A DNA stretch of 32,000 bases, taken from Candidatus Heimdallarchaeota archaeon (GTDB lineage: Archaea > Asgardarchaeota > Heimdallarchaeia > Heimdallarchaeales > Kariarchaeaceae). Shown here piece by piece: positions 1 through 9,510 of the stretch. Location of the stretch: assembly GCA_030149205.1 (NCBI GenBank), contig JASBSB010000001.1, forward strand, positions 810,001 to 842,000, written 5' to 3'. Each line of letters opens with the position of its first letter. Position 1 is the first letter of the stretch. Position numbers and translations under genes: made by a program. Under the pieces are notes generated by a model, which saw only the letters and a program-made list of their open reading frames with translations, was not told the origin of the DNA and did no database searches.

Positions 1-1
1 T

Positions 2-601
2 CTTAATCTCAAACAAATCGCTGCTCTTTTAGGGAAAATATCAACAACAACTTTAAACTATGTTAGAACTCTTTTACAGCACGAATATATCCTTCTAGAC
101 GGAGATAAGAGTACAAGTCGTAGGGGAAAATACTATACCTTAAATCAGATTATAAAACAAACTCTCGATAAAGTATTTCAAACCAATAGAGAAAAGTTTG
201 AGAAAGAGATCAATAATGTCAACCTCGAGACATTTGAAGAGGTTCAAGATCACATAGTTCAGATTTTAAGAGAAAAGGACAATCAGCTCCTTGCAAGTAC
301 CTCCCTTTTATTCTCTAATCTAAACCATGCTATTGAAACCATTCAAAACAATCGAATGACTCATTTTATTGAAGATTTAAATAATAACAATACTCCTCGT
401 TTTCCCCCTACACTCATAAATCTCTTATCAGTAGCAAGGATAAAAATTTCTAACACAAGCCAACTTGCCAAGATCAATGACCTATTGTTGAAATTTCATG
501 ATGATATTAAAAAGATCGAAGATGACACAGACTCTGGGGCAAGAGAGATCCAAGAGATCTATTTTTATAATTATATTACTTCATTAGATCTTGAAAAATG
601 A
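2..601 (+). CDS. Winged helix-turn-helix (ArsR/MarR-like) transcriptional regulator, 5'-truncated by the window edge
   Basis: The frame of track ORF 356..601 is open back to position 2: LNLKQIAALLGKISTTTLNYVRTLLQHEYILLDGDKSTSRRGKYYTLN..., an HTH helix pair followed by a wing (G-K-Y-Y-x-L). The ATG at 356 is internal. Confidence 0.7.
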   Translation, partial: LNLKQIAALLGKISTTTLNYVRTLLQHEYILLDGDKSTSRRGKYYTLNQIIKQTLDKVFQTNREKFEKEINNVNLETFEEVQDHIVQILREKDNQLLASTSLLFSNLNHAIETIQNNRMTHFIEDLNNNNTPRFPPTLINLLSVARIKISNTSQLAKINDLLLKFHDDIKKIEDDTDSGAREIQEIYFYNYITSLDLEK

Positions 602-659
602 TTGAAAAATTGCCTAGACCATATCGAACCAATTTAATTACGACGGTCTTGGGTAAGTT

Positions 660-1127
660 GTGAATGGAGAAAATCAGGGATTGCTGTTTGTTAAGTCTTT
701 AATTGGTACCAAGGTTCAAAAACAAAATTCAGAGATTAATGGATGGTTAGATAACAGAATTGTAGATGCAGAGTACGGAAGTGTTAGTTATGAATATGTG
801 GTGAGAAATGACATGCTAAATCTAAATGGAACTCTTCATGGAGGAATAATGGCTACAATGATAGATGACCTTATGGGACTCACTGTATTTTCTCTTGGAG
901 AGAGGGCGTTTTTTGCAACTCTAAACTTAACCCTTGATTATTTTGCTCCGATCTCCCTAGGTGAAAAGGTAATAGCTAAATCAAAGGTGATTAAACATGG
1001 GCATAAGGTGATCAATATCGAATGCCATCTAATCAATGAGGATGGAAAGATTGCTCTAAAGTCCTCAAGCAATATGATAAGAACCAGCAAAAAACTATCT
1101 GAAGAATATTTTATCAAAAAAACGTGA
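660..1127 (+). CDS. PaaI-family hotdog-fold acyl-CoA thioesterase
   Basis: Hallmark NLNGTLHGGIMATMIDD motif and TLNLTLDYFAP strand. GTG start with TTTAATTA at 633-640. Confidence 0.9.
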   Translation: MNGENQGLLFVKSLIGTKVQKQNSEINGWLDNRIVDAEYGSVSYEYVVRNDMLNLNGTLHGGIMATMIDDLMGLTVFSLGERAFFATLNLTLDYFAPISLGEKVIAKSKVIKHGHKVINIECHLINEDGKIALKSSSNMIRTSKKLSEEYFIKKT

Positions 1128-1185
1128 GTAAACCCATTCCACATTCAGAAAGTAAATAAGATAAACAATCATCCAAGAGCAAGAG

Positions 1186-1947
1186 ATGTCAGATCCACTA
1201 CATCGCTTCTCAAGCAGGGCAACAGATTATAACAAATATCGACCGGATTATCCACCAGCAGCTATTGAGTTTATATTAAAGCAAAGTAGGCTAAATCAAA
1301 ACGACTCAGTCGCAGATGTAGGATCAGGAACTGGTATCCTAACAAAGCACTTTGTTAACAGAGGTATCCAGACATATGCAATAGAACCAAATGATGACAT
1401 GAGAAGGTTTGCAGAGATTTCCCTTTCAGCTAATCCAAATTTTCACTCAATAAAAGGCACCTCCGATAATACAAAACTTGAGGATCAATCTATTAATGCA
1501 ATAACAGTTGCTCAGGCTTTTCACTGGTTTGAGGTAATTAAGACCAAAAATGAGTTCAAAAGAATCTTAAAAGATGGGTCTACTGTCTACCTCTTATGGA
1601 ACTCAAGACGACATGATAAACCAATTTTAATGGATTATGAAAACCTTACTCTGAAGTTTTCTACTGAGTATTCTCACATTAACCACCTGAGGCCAGAGGT
1701 TGAGGAAAACATTGTTAAGCTTTTTGAACCCAACGAAGTGACCTATCTGGAGTTTCCAAACGATCAAGAATTAACCTTTGATGAATTGTTGGGTAGGATC
1801 AGATCATCATCATACATGCTTAATTCGTCTGATAAGAGGTATCCTGAGATGGTTGAAGCATATAAAGCATTTTTTGAAAAATACCAGAAGGATGGGAAAA
1901 TAACCATTCCACACATTACAGATGTTTATTATGGACAGATAGGTTGA
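1186..1947 (+). CDS. Class I SAM-dependent methyltransferase
   Basis: RFS...YNKYRPDYP N-terminus, motif I VADVGSGTG, AIEPN, ITVAQAFHWF. Confidence 0.9.
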   Translation: MSDPLHRFSSRATDYNKYRPDYPPAAIEFILKQSRLNQNDSVADVGSGTGILTKHFVNRGIQTYAIEPNDDMRRFAEISLSANPNFHSIKGTSDNTKLEDQSINAITVAQAFHWFEVIKTKNEFKRILKDGSTVYLLWNSRRHDKPILMDYENLTLKFSTEYSHINHLRPEVEENIVKLFEPNEVTYLEFPNDQELTFDELLGRIRSSSYMLNSSDKRYPEMVEAYKAFFEKYQKDGKITIPHITDVYYGQIG

Positions 1948-1948
1948 T

Positions 1949-1995
1949 TCGGCATTTCAATGATTTTACTATCATCTGAAAAATAAATTTGCCGA
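1949..1995 (+). terminator. Nested hairpin immediately after the methyltransferase stop (candidate terminator or 3' structure)
   Basis: TCGGCA/TGCCGA, TTTCA/TGAAA and ATGAT/ATCAT arms pair concentrically, with one 8-nt bulge. Confidence 0.3.
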
Positions 1996-2102
1996 TTTCA
2001 TGAAATCTTTACCTCCCGCCTCTAAAGAAGAAGCAGTTTCAAATAACTATACGGTTATAAACCATTAAAAATTGTTATTCGTTTCCTTTAGATAGAAGAC
2101 AC

Positions 2103-2110
2103 TTATTAAA
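2103..2110 (+). promoter_or_regulatory. TATA box
   Basis: TTATTAAA at -29..-22 from ATG 2132, with purine-rich AGAAGAC upstream (BRE-like). Confidence 0.6.
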
Positions 2111-2131
2111 CAGATAATTTTGCTAAGAATC

Positions 2132-3394
2132 ATGTCTTTTTTAGTTAAAAGCAAAAATGATAATACCTTCCTGGGATTATACAGGTTCTCTTGGATACTT
2201 CTCCTTATTATTGGATCTGGTGGGATACTGGCTTTATCAGCAGTAATTGGTATAAACCTTGATCTAAACCTGATTAAACCATTATTACCAAATCTAGGCT
2301 ACCTATTGATGGTGTTCCTTGGGGTATCATTTGTTACATTCATAGTTGGATTATTTCAGGTGGTCTTTACCTCTTTTTTTGGAGAAGAAATTATCCTGTT
2401 TGTTACTTGGAGCTCTCCCTTTGTCTTAATTGGATTATCTGGTTATCTGTATTTTCAACAACGAGACACAAATATATTGATAATTGGAGGAATGGGAGTA
2501 CTCTTCCTCCTGATATTCTATTACATGAGAAATGAGATTCGTTTGAGTGCGAAGCTTACTGAATTAAGTGCAGAAATGGTGAGAGATAACCTAAGTATGG
2601 AGATTCCTCAGATCCGGTCATTCTTGTTGAGACTTATAATTACAATTCTTTTGATCCCTGGTGTGATCCTTATCTTTGGTTCTCTGTTCTTATTTAATCC
2701 CATTCTTGGTGTTCTGGTAGCACTGATATTCCTCTTTTTTTATATGTTCGTGTTGACAGGTATTCAAACCTACGCAGATGCCTTGAATGTGGCTTATTCA
2801 AATCAATGGTACAGTGGAAAGCCATCACAATCGAAGGCTTCATCTCAAGTTGCACCTTTGAAAGCAGGAATAATCAAATTTGCCTTTCTGCTGACAATAT
2901 TTCGCTACATAAGCATGCTTTCAAACAACAAGGACAACAGATCTGGATTCATTTTTAGGGGAATTACTGAGATTCTAGAATTTCTGGGGACTTACACATT
3001 AGTTTTGATGGTAATTAAAAAAACCACCTCTCTTTCTGATGCTTATGTGGAATCAACAAAATCAGTATTCAAGATGTTCAAAGCCACTTCAAGTGGGAGC
3101 TTGGGATTTGCAATAATCGATTTTACCAGATGGGTCTTATCAGCTGCAATTCTTCTTGGAGCTGGATGGTATTTTGCTTCAATAATGTATTCTGATCAGT
3201 TTTTAATTTGGTTAGTCGCAAGTATCATAACTATATTTGGATTAATTCCTTTAAATTCAATGTTCAAACCAGTGGTTAACACTTTTAGACTAATCCTATA
3301 CAGAAGCTACACTGGGGATGCTTCCTCCAAGTTCAACAAAGAGATTAAAGGTCTACTCAAAACAGTTAAAAAGAAGAAATCAAATACTAGATAG
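2132..3394 (+). CDS. Multi-pass membrane protein, choline-transporter-like (CTL/SLC44-like or DUF6159-like) candidate
   Basis: About 9-10 hydrophobic segments. EILEFLGTYTLVLMVIKKTTSLSDAYVESTKSVF and C-terminal VNTFRLILYRSYTG resemble conserved CTL-family segments. Start moved from TTG 2120 to ATG 2132 on TATA spacing. Confidence 0.55.
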   Translation: MSFLVKSKNDNTFLGLYRFSWILLLIIGSGGILALSAVIGINLDLNLIKPLLPNLGYLLMVFLGVSFVTFIVGLFQVVFTSFFGEEIILFVTWSSPFVLIGLSGYLYFQQRDTNILIIGGMGVLFLLIFYYMRNEIRLSAKLTELSAEMVRDNLSMEIPQIRSFLLRLIITILLIPGVILIFGSLFLFNPILGVLVALIFLFFYMFVLTGIQTYADALNVAYSNQWYSGKPSQSKASSQVAPLKAGIIKFAFLLTIFRYISMLSNNKDNRSGFIFRGITEILEFLGTYTLVLMVIKKTTSLSDAYVESTKSVFKMFKATSSGSLGFAIIDFTRWVLSAAILLGAGWYFASIMYSDQFLIWLVASIITIFGLIPLNSMFKPVVNTFRLILYRSYTGDASSKFNKEIKGLLKTVKKKKSNTR

Positions 3395-3398
3395 ATTT

Positions 3399-4319
3399 TT
3401 ACCAAGTCTTTATCCAATCAAAGTTTTTGGTATGTGAGCGTAAATGTTCAACAACAGCTGGATTGGATATCTCAAGACGTTGGAAAAGAAAATATTCAAG
3501 TTCAATACCCATGCTGTATCTTATCAGATCCAATTTCGATTTGTGTTGGTCATCACCATCTAAGAAAGTTTCAAACAATTGTTCATATGATTCTAACTGT
3601 TCAACTAATCCGTCTACAAGCGCTTTGAGTTCATTATATTCACCTTTATTTATGAGTGATACAAACCTGTTAACTATTTTTAGACTTGGAACTAAGTTCT
3701 TAGCCTTGTTATAACGTTTCCCATTGAAAGTACATACCCAACCCTTTCCATCAAAATTAACAGAAGGTGCGGCCTCCCTTCTGTTGCCAAACGGAAAATT
3801 GAGGTAAGTAAGCAATTGAATTAGGTCTCTGTTTAAATCAAGAGAGTAAGTTGAAGGATGATCTATGTTATATCCACTAAGTACTGCCCAAAACAATACT
3901 GAGGATATATCCTTAGGTATACCCCCTATCAAACTAAGTGAATTTTCTTGATGTAAGACTGTATGACTTAACAGTTCCTTTAGTATATTCCGGATCTGAT
4001 CTTCTGCTTCGTCTATTGATAAGGGCACACCATGTAAAAGTACCTCAATACGATGCAATGCGTCCTCCAATCCATACACATTATCTGTCGTCCCCACCAT
4101 GAGGAGCTTTAAAGAATCTGTGACCTCTAAATATTTAAAGCGAACGGTAAAGTTTTCTGATTGGATTAACTGGAGATGTGTATTTGAAAGTTCCTTGGTG
4201 ACTGCTTCAATTGCTTGAAAAATACCAGTCATCAGAACAGTATCAGTAGTAATAGGTTTACCAATCTCCACTAACACCTCTGGAACCCCAGTTTCAGTGA
4301 CTATTGCAAATGAACTCAT
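3399..4319 (-). CDS. Longin-domain protein (Asgard-type eukaryotic signature protein) with a C-terminal region of unknown, possibly DENN-like, fold
   Basis: N-terminal FAIVTETGVP...DTVLMTGIFQAIEAVTKELSNTHLQLIQSENFTVRF matches the longin beta-beta-alpha-beta pattern. A GGTGA Shine-Dalgarno overlaps the upstream gene's stop. Confidence 0.65.
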   Translation of the reverse strand: MSSFAIVTETGVPEVLVEIGKPITTDTVLMTGIFQAIEAVTKELSNTHLQLIQSENFTVRFKYLEVTDSLKLLMVGTTDNVYGLEDALHRIEVLLHGVPLSIDEAEDQIRNILKELLSHTVLHQENSLSLIGGIPKDISSVLFWAVLSGYNIDHPSTYSLDLNRDLIQLLTYLNFPFGNRREAAPSVNFDGKGWVCTFNGKRYNKAKNLVPSLKIVNRFVSLINKGEYNELKALVDGLVEQLESYEQLFETFLDGDDQHKSKLDLIRYSMGIELEYFLFQRLEISNPAVVEHLRSHTKNFDWIKTW

Positions 4320-4323
4320 AGTT

Positions 4324-4755
4324 TCACCTTTTTCTCGCTAAGTAAATAGAAGCCAAACCAGCCATGAAACCTCCAAACTCAAAAACCTTTCCTGTGTCAG
4401 CTAAGGCAGTAAGGATATCGGAGTTAGAAACTTTCAAATAGATTATCAGGTCAATTACCTGCTTTATAGAGAAGAAAAGAAAAGCAGTGACGATCATAAA
4501 TTGTGAATCCAAACTTTCCCTAAGCTTTTGAAGTCTGACACGCTTGTAATTTTTCGACAGGGAATAGATTCCGTAGATAACAATTGTTGCACTAAACCAT
4601 ACCGCATTGACCAGGATGATTATCTGTGTATTAGAAAACAATACCCTTGCCCAGTCAAAATATGCCTCCAACGCATATGTGAGAACCCCTAACAATATAT
4701 ATCCAAAGAAAATCAATAATGAAATTTTTGTAATTGGATGAACCTTGGTTTCCAT
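4324..4755 (-). CDS. Hypothetical membrane protein (about 4 TM), co-transcribed with the longin gene
   Basis: 143-aa ORF with four hydrophobic stretches and a 4-nt gap to the longin ATG. Confidence 0.8.
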   Translation of the reverse strand: METKVHPITKISLLIFFGYILLGVLTYALEAYFDWARVLFSNTQIIILVNAVWFSATIVIYGIYSLSKNYKRVRLQKLRESLDSQFMIVTAFLFFSIKQVIDLIIYLKVSNSDILTALADTGKVFEFGGFMAGLASIYLARKR

Positions 4756-5136
4756 TCTTAAAATCTACCTATATTATATTGAAAACTCTACTAATTATAG
4801 ATATTTTTAAAAACACCAAACATATAGAGTTTTTTTTTAAATATAACACAATTATTCACCAAATACTATAATTTATGGAAGCATTATTGAATATTTTCAA
4901 TATTGTTAGCCTTTATTCCGAATTATCTAAGTTGTTTGTCTGATTTTACCCCTCAAATCTCAGCCAATTCTTCTACCTGAGTAATTACAGAATTTGAATG
5001 TTAGCTGAGTTTTATGTTAGAAGGGGGAATAATATGTATCTGAATCCCCTTTGTGGTAAAGCAAATTTATTACCCTTTAATTGCAGTCAACTGTGCAGTC
5101 ATACTGTGATATAAAACATTACAAAACAAATATGTT

Positions 5137-6348
5137 TCACGAGAGGTTTATCTCTCCAGCCTGAGTGATTGCAAATTTTGCACCAAAGGAACCTAAGAAT
5201 TCTGAGACAAGAGTTGTCAGAATGATTATATCCTCAATTTCTATCCCCAACGCACCCATGTTTGCATCTATCAGCTTTTGTGAGATTATGGTGGCCAATC
5301 CAAGTGCCACACCACCCTGAGCAAGAAAGCTATATCCAATATTTTTCTTAACGGGGAGTTGAAGATCAACAAATTTTCCACCGATTTTAAATCCCCCAAC
5401 CTTGCCTACTGTTCTTGCTATCAGATATAATAAGGCTAACAGGGGAAAAGTAAGCAGGTTATCAATTGAGACTCTCATTCCTACTAAAGTGAAAAATAAT
5501 AATAGAATTGGACTCATTAATATTTCTAGTTTGTCTCGTGCCCTCTCATAGTTGTCTCCCCCAAGGTTCGTTGTGGTTACACCTATCATCATGGTGGTGG
5601 TTATTATAGAGGTCTGAAGGTAGAATGCAACTCCCATACTTGCCAATAACAGGGCAAGGGTGAGCTCCATCATAGGAATCTCCTCATCCATACGTTCAAT
5701 TATCACCTCAAGAAATAGTCCTGCACCCAAGCCAAGGACCAAAGCGAAACCAATCTCATGAATGATCCCAATTACAAAGCCCAGAGGGGATATGTCATGG
5801 CCCAGTTCTAAGGCTAAGAAAACCAAGACAGTCTCAATGACGAAAACTGCCACAATATCATCAAGTGCCAGAATCCACTGAGCAAGCCTGGTTAACGGAC
5901 CCTCTGATTTAAATTTTCTAAAAATCTCAACTGTGGCAGCAGGAGCTGTGGCTGTGGCAAGTCCTGCAAGTATGACAGCCAAAAGATAATCCTGTGAGAC
6001 CAGAATAGTGACGAAGAACACAATAAAAAAAGTTCCAATGGTCTCTGCAAAAAGAAGAACCAACACTGTTTTCCTCTCTTTGAACAGTTTTTTTAGCTTA
6101 AGCTCAGTGCCAATTTTAAACCCTATCAAACCCAGAGCCACATTTTCTATGAAAATAAACCATGTGTGAATCCTAACATCAAGATTTACCCCATAGAAGA
6201 CTGTATTTCCTATGATCAACCCAGAAAGCAGGTAGACCACTATATGGGGCACACCTATTTTTTCGAACAGGAGAGCACCTACTGTTCCAATTAACATCAG
6301 TCCGCCTATAAACAGTATAGGAAAATCCAGAAAAAAGGTGTAGACCAC
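5137..6348 (-). CDS. Cation:proton antiporter (Na+/H+ exchanger superfamily)
   Basis: About 12 TM segments; ALGLIGFKIGTEL, ATATAPAAT, ALDD and LGYSFLAQGGVALGL-type motifs. Confidence 0.9.
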   Translation of the reverse strand: MVYTFFLDFPILFIGGLMLIGTVGALLFEKIGVPHIVVYLLSGLIIGNTVFYGVNLDVRIHTWFIFIENVALGLIGFKIGTELKLKKLFKERKTVLVLLFAETIGTFFIVFFVTILVSQDYLLAVILAGLATATAPAATVEIFRKFKSEGPLTRLAQWILALDDIVAVFVIETVLVFLALELGHDISPLGFVIGIIHEIGFALVLGLGAGLFLEVIIERMDEEIPMMELTLALLLASMGVAFYLQTSIITTTMMIGVTTTNLGGDNYERARDKLEILMSPILLLFFTLVGMRVSIDNLLTFPLLALLYLIARTVGKVGGFKIGGKFVDLQLPVKKNIGYSFLAQGGVALGLATIISQKLIDANMGALGIEIEDIIILTTLVSEFLGSFGAKFAITQAGEINLS

Positions 6349-6476
6349 AACAAAGATATTAGGGATTCTATAAAATATTTTTGCAGTGGGATGTTCTTAG
6401 TAGAGAGAAATTGGTTGAAAACTACAGGTTCCAAATTAGAGTGGGTTAAATGGACTCAAGATATCCTTATGGTTAA

Positions 6477-7298
6477 TTATATCAGTGGTGTGTCCACAAG
6501 ATTTGCCCATTCCTTCATTGAGCCATCGTAGACCGAAACCTGATACCCCAAATATCTGAGGATGTACGCAACCAAGCTCGCTCTTACCCCACCTTGGCAG
6601 TAGGTCACAGTGGGTTTGGTTTCGTCAACCCCCAACGTATCAAGCATGGTTTTAAGTTCTATCTCAGGTTTCAATTCTGAAATCTCCTCCGTTGTATTTC
6701 CAGAGAGGAGAAAATCAGTCCATTCACACCATTGAGACCCTGGTATCTTTCCACCCCGAAGATTTTCTCTCAGATCAGATCCTAAGTTTTCTTCAGTGCT
6801 CCTGACATCTAAAATGTTATACGACCGCAACTTAGAACGCAGGGTATCTTTGTCAACCAACAAATCATCCTTTTTCTTAATTCTATACTCTGGAACATTA
6901 TTGGGTGGTGATTGAATACGCACACTCACAGGATATCCTCTGGTAATCCACCCCTGCCAGCCACCATTCAGGAGTGCTACCTTCTCATGTCCAAAATACA
7001 ATAGGGTCCACAAAAATCTAGCTGCAAATAAGGAGCCGTCTGAATCGTATGCAATAACAAAACTATCATTTGAGATACCTAAGTCTCTCATCAACAGTAA
7101 GAATTCATCCTCAGTGGGAATGTACAACCCAGGCTCACCATCTACCTCTGATTTTACGTATGGGTGACAGGTTCGCCTGATTGACGTTGGAATATGAGCT
7201 CTCCTGTATTCATGCTCACTGTAACAACAATCTACTAAAATATAGTCTCCGTTTTCATCAATTAGCTTTTTTAGATCCTCAGGTGTGCTTAACAACAA
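6477..7298 (-). CDS. Two-domain sulfurtransferase (rhodanese/SseA-like)
   Basis: EYRRAHIP, LNGGWQGW, LDVRS..E, GGKIPGS, active-site loop YCQGGVRAS, and C-terminal VYDGSMKEW signature. Confidence 0.92.
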   Translation of the reverse strand: MLLSTPEDLKKLIDENGDYILVDCCYSEHEYRRAHIPTSIRRTCHPYVKSEVDGEPGLYIPTEDEFLLLMRDLGISNDSFVIAYDSDGSLFAARFLWTLLYFGHEKVALLNGGWQGWITRGYPVSVRIQSPPNNVPEYRIKKKDDLLVDKDTLRSKLRSYNILDVRSTEENLGSDLRENLRGGKIPGSQWCEWTDFLLSGNTTEEISELKPEIELKTMLDTLGVDETKPTVTYCQGGVRASLVAYILRYLGYQVSVYDGSMKEWANLVDTPLI

Positions 7299-7319
7299 AA
7301 ACCATGTTCACGACCTGTA

Positions 7320-7327
7320 TTTTAATA
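7320..7327 (-). promoter_or_regulatory. TATA box
   Basis: TATTAAAA at -29..-22 from the TTG start at 7298. Confidence 0.5.
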
Positions 7328-7526
7328 TTGCTGGAATTCGATGGATAATTCTCAAACTGTCTCCGAGTCTTCAAGGAAAAAAATCATTTAACATACTTAG
7401 CTAAACCATTAAAATTCAGAAGCAGGTATTAAATTCAAAACCAAGGTCAGATTGACCTAGAACTTCGAAATAAATAGGAAACAGAAATTAAAGAAAGCTA
7501 ATAAACCATCTTGCACAATTAAATAT

Positions 7527-7901
7527 ATGTCAATCAAATTTGACAGCAGTGCAATTGAGAAAGAAGAACGAAACTTCAGACAGTTATCCTTAACCAAGGA
7601 TCAAAGGAACATTGTGGAAGCTCTCGCAGAAGGACTGATACAGAAGATTGAGATATCAAAGCTTGCAGCAATGGGGTTCATGTGGAGGGCGGTGAGAGAA
7701 TGGCAGGTCACAAATTCTATGACATTGGCACAACTTGAGGTCAGTCCACCAAAAGAGCGAATGCTGGCTGTTCGTCAAATGTCTGAGATCGTCAAAGGTT
7801 ACCTAATAAACGTTCTACGAAACTCTGAGGACGAGAACACAGTGCGAAGGGCCGCTGATTCAATGGTCAGTTTTTATATCTCAAAGTTCTCAATGAGATA
7901 G
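7527..7901 (+). CDS. Hypothetical soluble, predicted all-helical protein
   Basis: 124-aa ATG ORF with protein-like composition and no competing ORF; no family recognised. Confidence 0.75.
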   Translation: MSIKFDSSAIEKEERNFRQLSLTKDQRNIVEALAEGLIQKIEISKLAAMGFMWRAVREWQVTNSMTLAQLEVSPPKERMLAVRQMSEIVKGYLINVLRNSEDENTVRRAADSMVSFYISKFSMR

Positions 7902-8276
7902 GGATAAAATACCACTAGAAACATAATTTATTCTGTAAGCATAGTTTAGAAATAAATAAGATATTTTCAATTAAATCACTCCCCTTAGTTCGGAGCTTGA
8001 TGCTGACTTGATCTAATTGGAGATATAGATTCAATTCAACATAATTTCAATTCGACTTATTTGTAATTTCAAAATTTCAGATCTCGATCTTTTTATTGAT
8101 ACACCTGATAATTCTACTCTTTCGGTAATCTTCATTTCCATCAGGAAAGTCAATAAGCATATAGATCTTATTTTACACTCTAATTAAGAGTGTTTTTAAA
8201 ATACAAAGGTAAAACTTTACAATATTTTTCGATTATAGTTGAAAGTTGTTAGATATCAGAATCTTTTCTAAAAAAA

Positions 8277-9374
8277 CTATTCCTCCTTTTTCTGAACAAC
8301 AAAGGTAAGTTCTATCCCTAAGACCTCCCTTAATTTTTGATAGAATACTTGATAGTATTTTTTAGGAACAAAAATTATTAGATATAATGTTGACCTCTCC
8401 AATTTTCTTGACATATAATATAAACTACTATAACCTAACCAAATAAACCATGAATTAAAATCCCCTTTATGGTTTTTTAGTCCACTATTTTCTTCTGAAA
8501 ATAATGGAGAAAGCCTAGTTTTCAGATGGTCTACTACGTTGAATTCATCATTAGTGCCTATTCCTGCTATCTTTATGATTCTATCCCATTTATGACTAAC
8601 TTTACGAATATAAAATTCATTTTTCCCATCATAATAACTGATCAAAAATGTTAATATTGCAGTTAAAAGGCCTAACAATATTACCTGTGCTATACTTGGT
8701 TTTGTAAGTGTATGATAAACCCAACCTATAACAAAGCCAACAGACAAAGAGAGAAGGAGAATCCCAATCAAGAATGAAGTTAAAGGGCTAAATTCAATCT
8801 TTGTTTGTTCATCAGACAGAATTAAAATAAGATCGTCACTTTCAATGTAGGAAACAGGATATGAAACTTTTAATTCCTGCATTTCAAATTTATCCATCAA
8901 TGTAGATTTAATTTCGATTAGTTCGTAGTATTCTCCTATCAGTTCGATAACAAGTGAGAGTAATGTCTGCTCAATTCTAATTTGAATAAGAGACAATGCA
9001 CCAACTAATTCTATGATCTCTTTCTCTAATTGACCTCTCTCAGATTCAGTAAGATTATTTATAGTTATTTTAACAGAAAATTTAGATACTTTGTTCAAGA
9101 AATATAAAATAAATTTACCTTTCAGAATAAATTGAGAGAATATTAAGAAATAAAGGACAACAAGAAGTAAGTTTACAAATAATAAATCATAAATGTAAGA
9201 TAAAACTATTAGAAGAAATAACGCTAATACACTCATTAAAAATACTTGAGAAAGAAATTTCTCATATTTTGATAATTTAACATTATCAGTTTCGATTGTA
9301 ATATTAGGGTTTTTTTCTTTGAGAGATATTAAACAATCAACCAACCAATTTGCAACTTCTTCAGATTCACTCAT
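8277..9374 (-). CDS. Hypothetical membrane protein (paralog 1 of a tandem pair; two TM hairpins each followed by a soluble alpha/beta segment)
   Basis: Colinear similarity with 9511..11412 (e.g. SDDLILILSDEQTKIEF vs ADGLVVILSDENTSIKF; NSWFIW vs NSWFSW). Start moved from GTG 9413 to ATG 9374 on TATA spacing. Confidence 0.8.
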   Translation of the reverse strand: MSESEEVANWLVDCLISLKEKNPNITIETDNVKLSKYEKFLSQVFLMSVLALFLLIVLSYIYDLLFVNLLLVVLYFLIFSQFILKGKFILYFLNKVSKFSVKITINNLTESERGQLEKEIIELVGALSLIQIRIEQTLLSLVIELIGEYYELIEIKSTLMDKFEMQELKVSYPVSYIESDDLILILSDEQTKIEFSPLTSFLIGILLLSLSVGFVIGWVYHTLTKPSIAQVILLGLLTAILTFLISYYDGKNEFYIRKVSHKWDRIIKIAGIGTNDEFNVVDHLKTRLSPLFSEENSGLKNHKGDFNSWFIWLGYSSLYYMSRKLERSTLYLIIFVPKKYYQVFYQKLREVLGIELTFVVQKKEE

Positions 9375-9393
9375 ATAATCAGTTGCCCAGCGA

Positions 9394-9418
9394 TTCTTAT
9401 AAATATTTCCCACAAATT
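9394..9418 (-). promoter_or_regulatory. BRE/TATA promoter, copy 1 of an exact 25-bp duplicated element
   Basis: AATTTGTGGGAAATATTTATAAGAA; TTTATAAG lies at -29..-22 from ATG 9374. Identical to 11432-11456. Confidence 0.75.
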
Positions 9419-9510
9419 ACGGTATTTCCTATAACTTTAGGCTAAGAGAAAGATTTCTCCAATTTTTGAATTTCATTCAGCCTTAATTTAATTAAGTTTC
9501 TGAAACAATG

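Noticed and set aside
1960-1981. ATGA...TGA arrangement resembling a eukaryote-like SECIS core
   Set aside because: The helix between the motifs is far too short, there is no apical AAR loop, and the upstream gene has no in-frame TGA.
4885-4902. Inverted repeat TATTGAA-TATT-TTCAATA upstream of the 4-TM/longin operon
   Set aside because: Composed almost entirely of A/T in an extremely AT-rich spacer, so likely by chance; no second copy seen.
7299-7305. Out-of-frame ATG just upstream of the rhodanese (possible homopolymer frameshift giving MVLLLST...)
   Set aside because: The TATA box is at the canonical -29..-22 position for TTG 7298 and too close to ATG 7305.
8031-8141. 36-aa minus-strand ATG ORF (MEMKITERVELS...)
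   Set aside because: No motif, no clear promoter or SD, and a length expected by chance.
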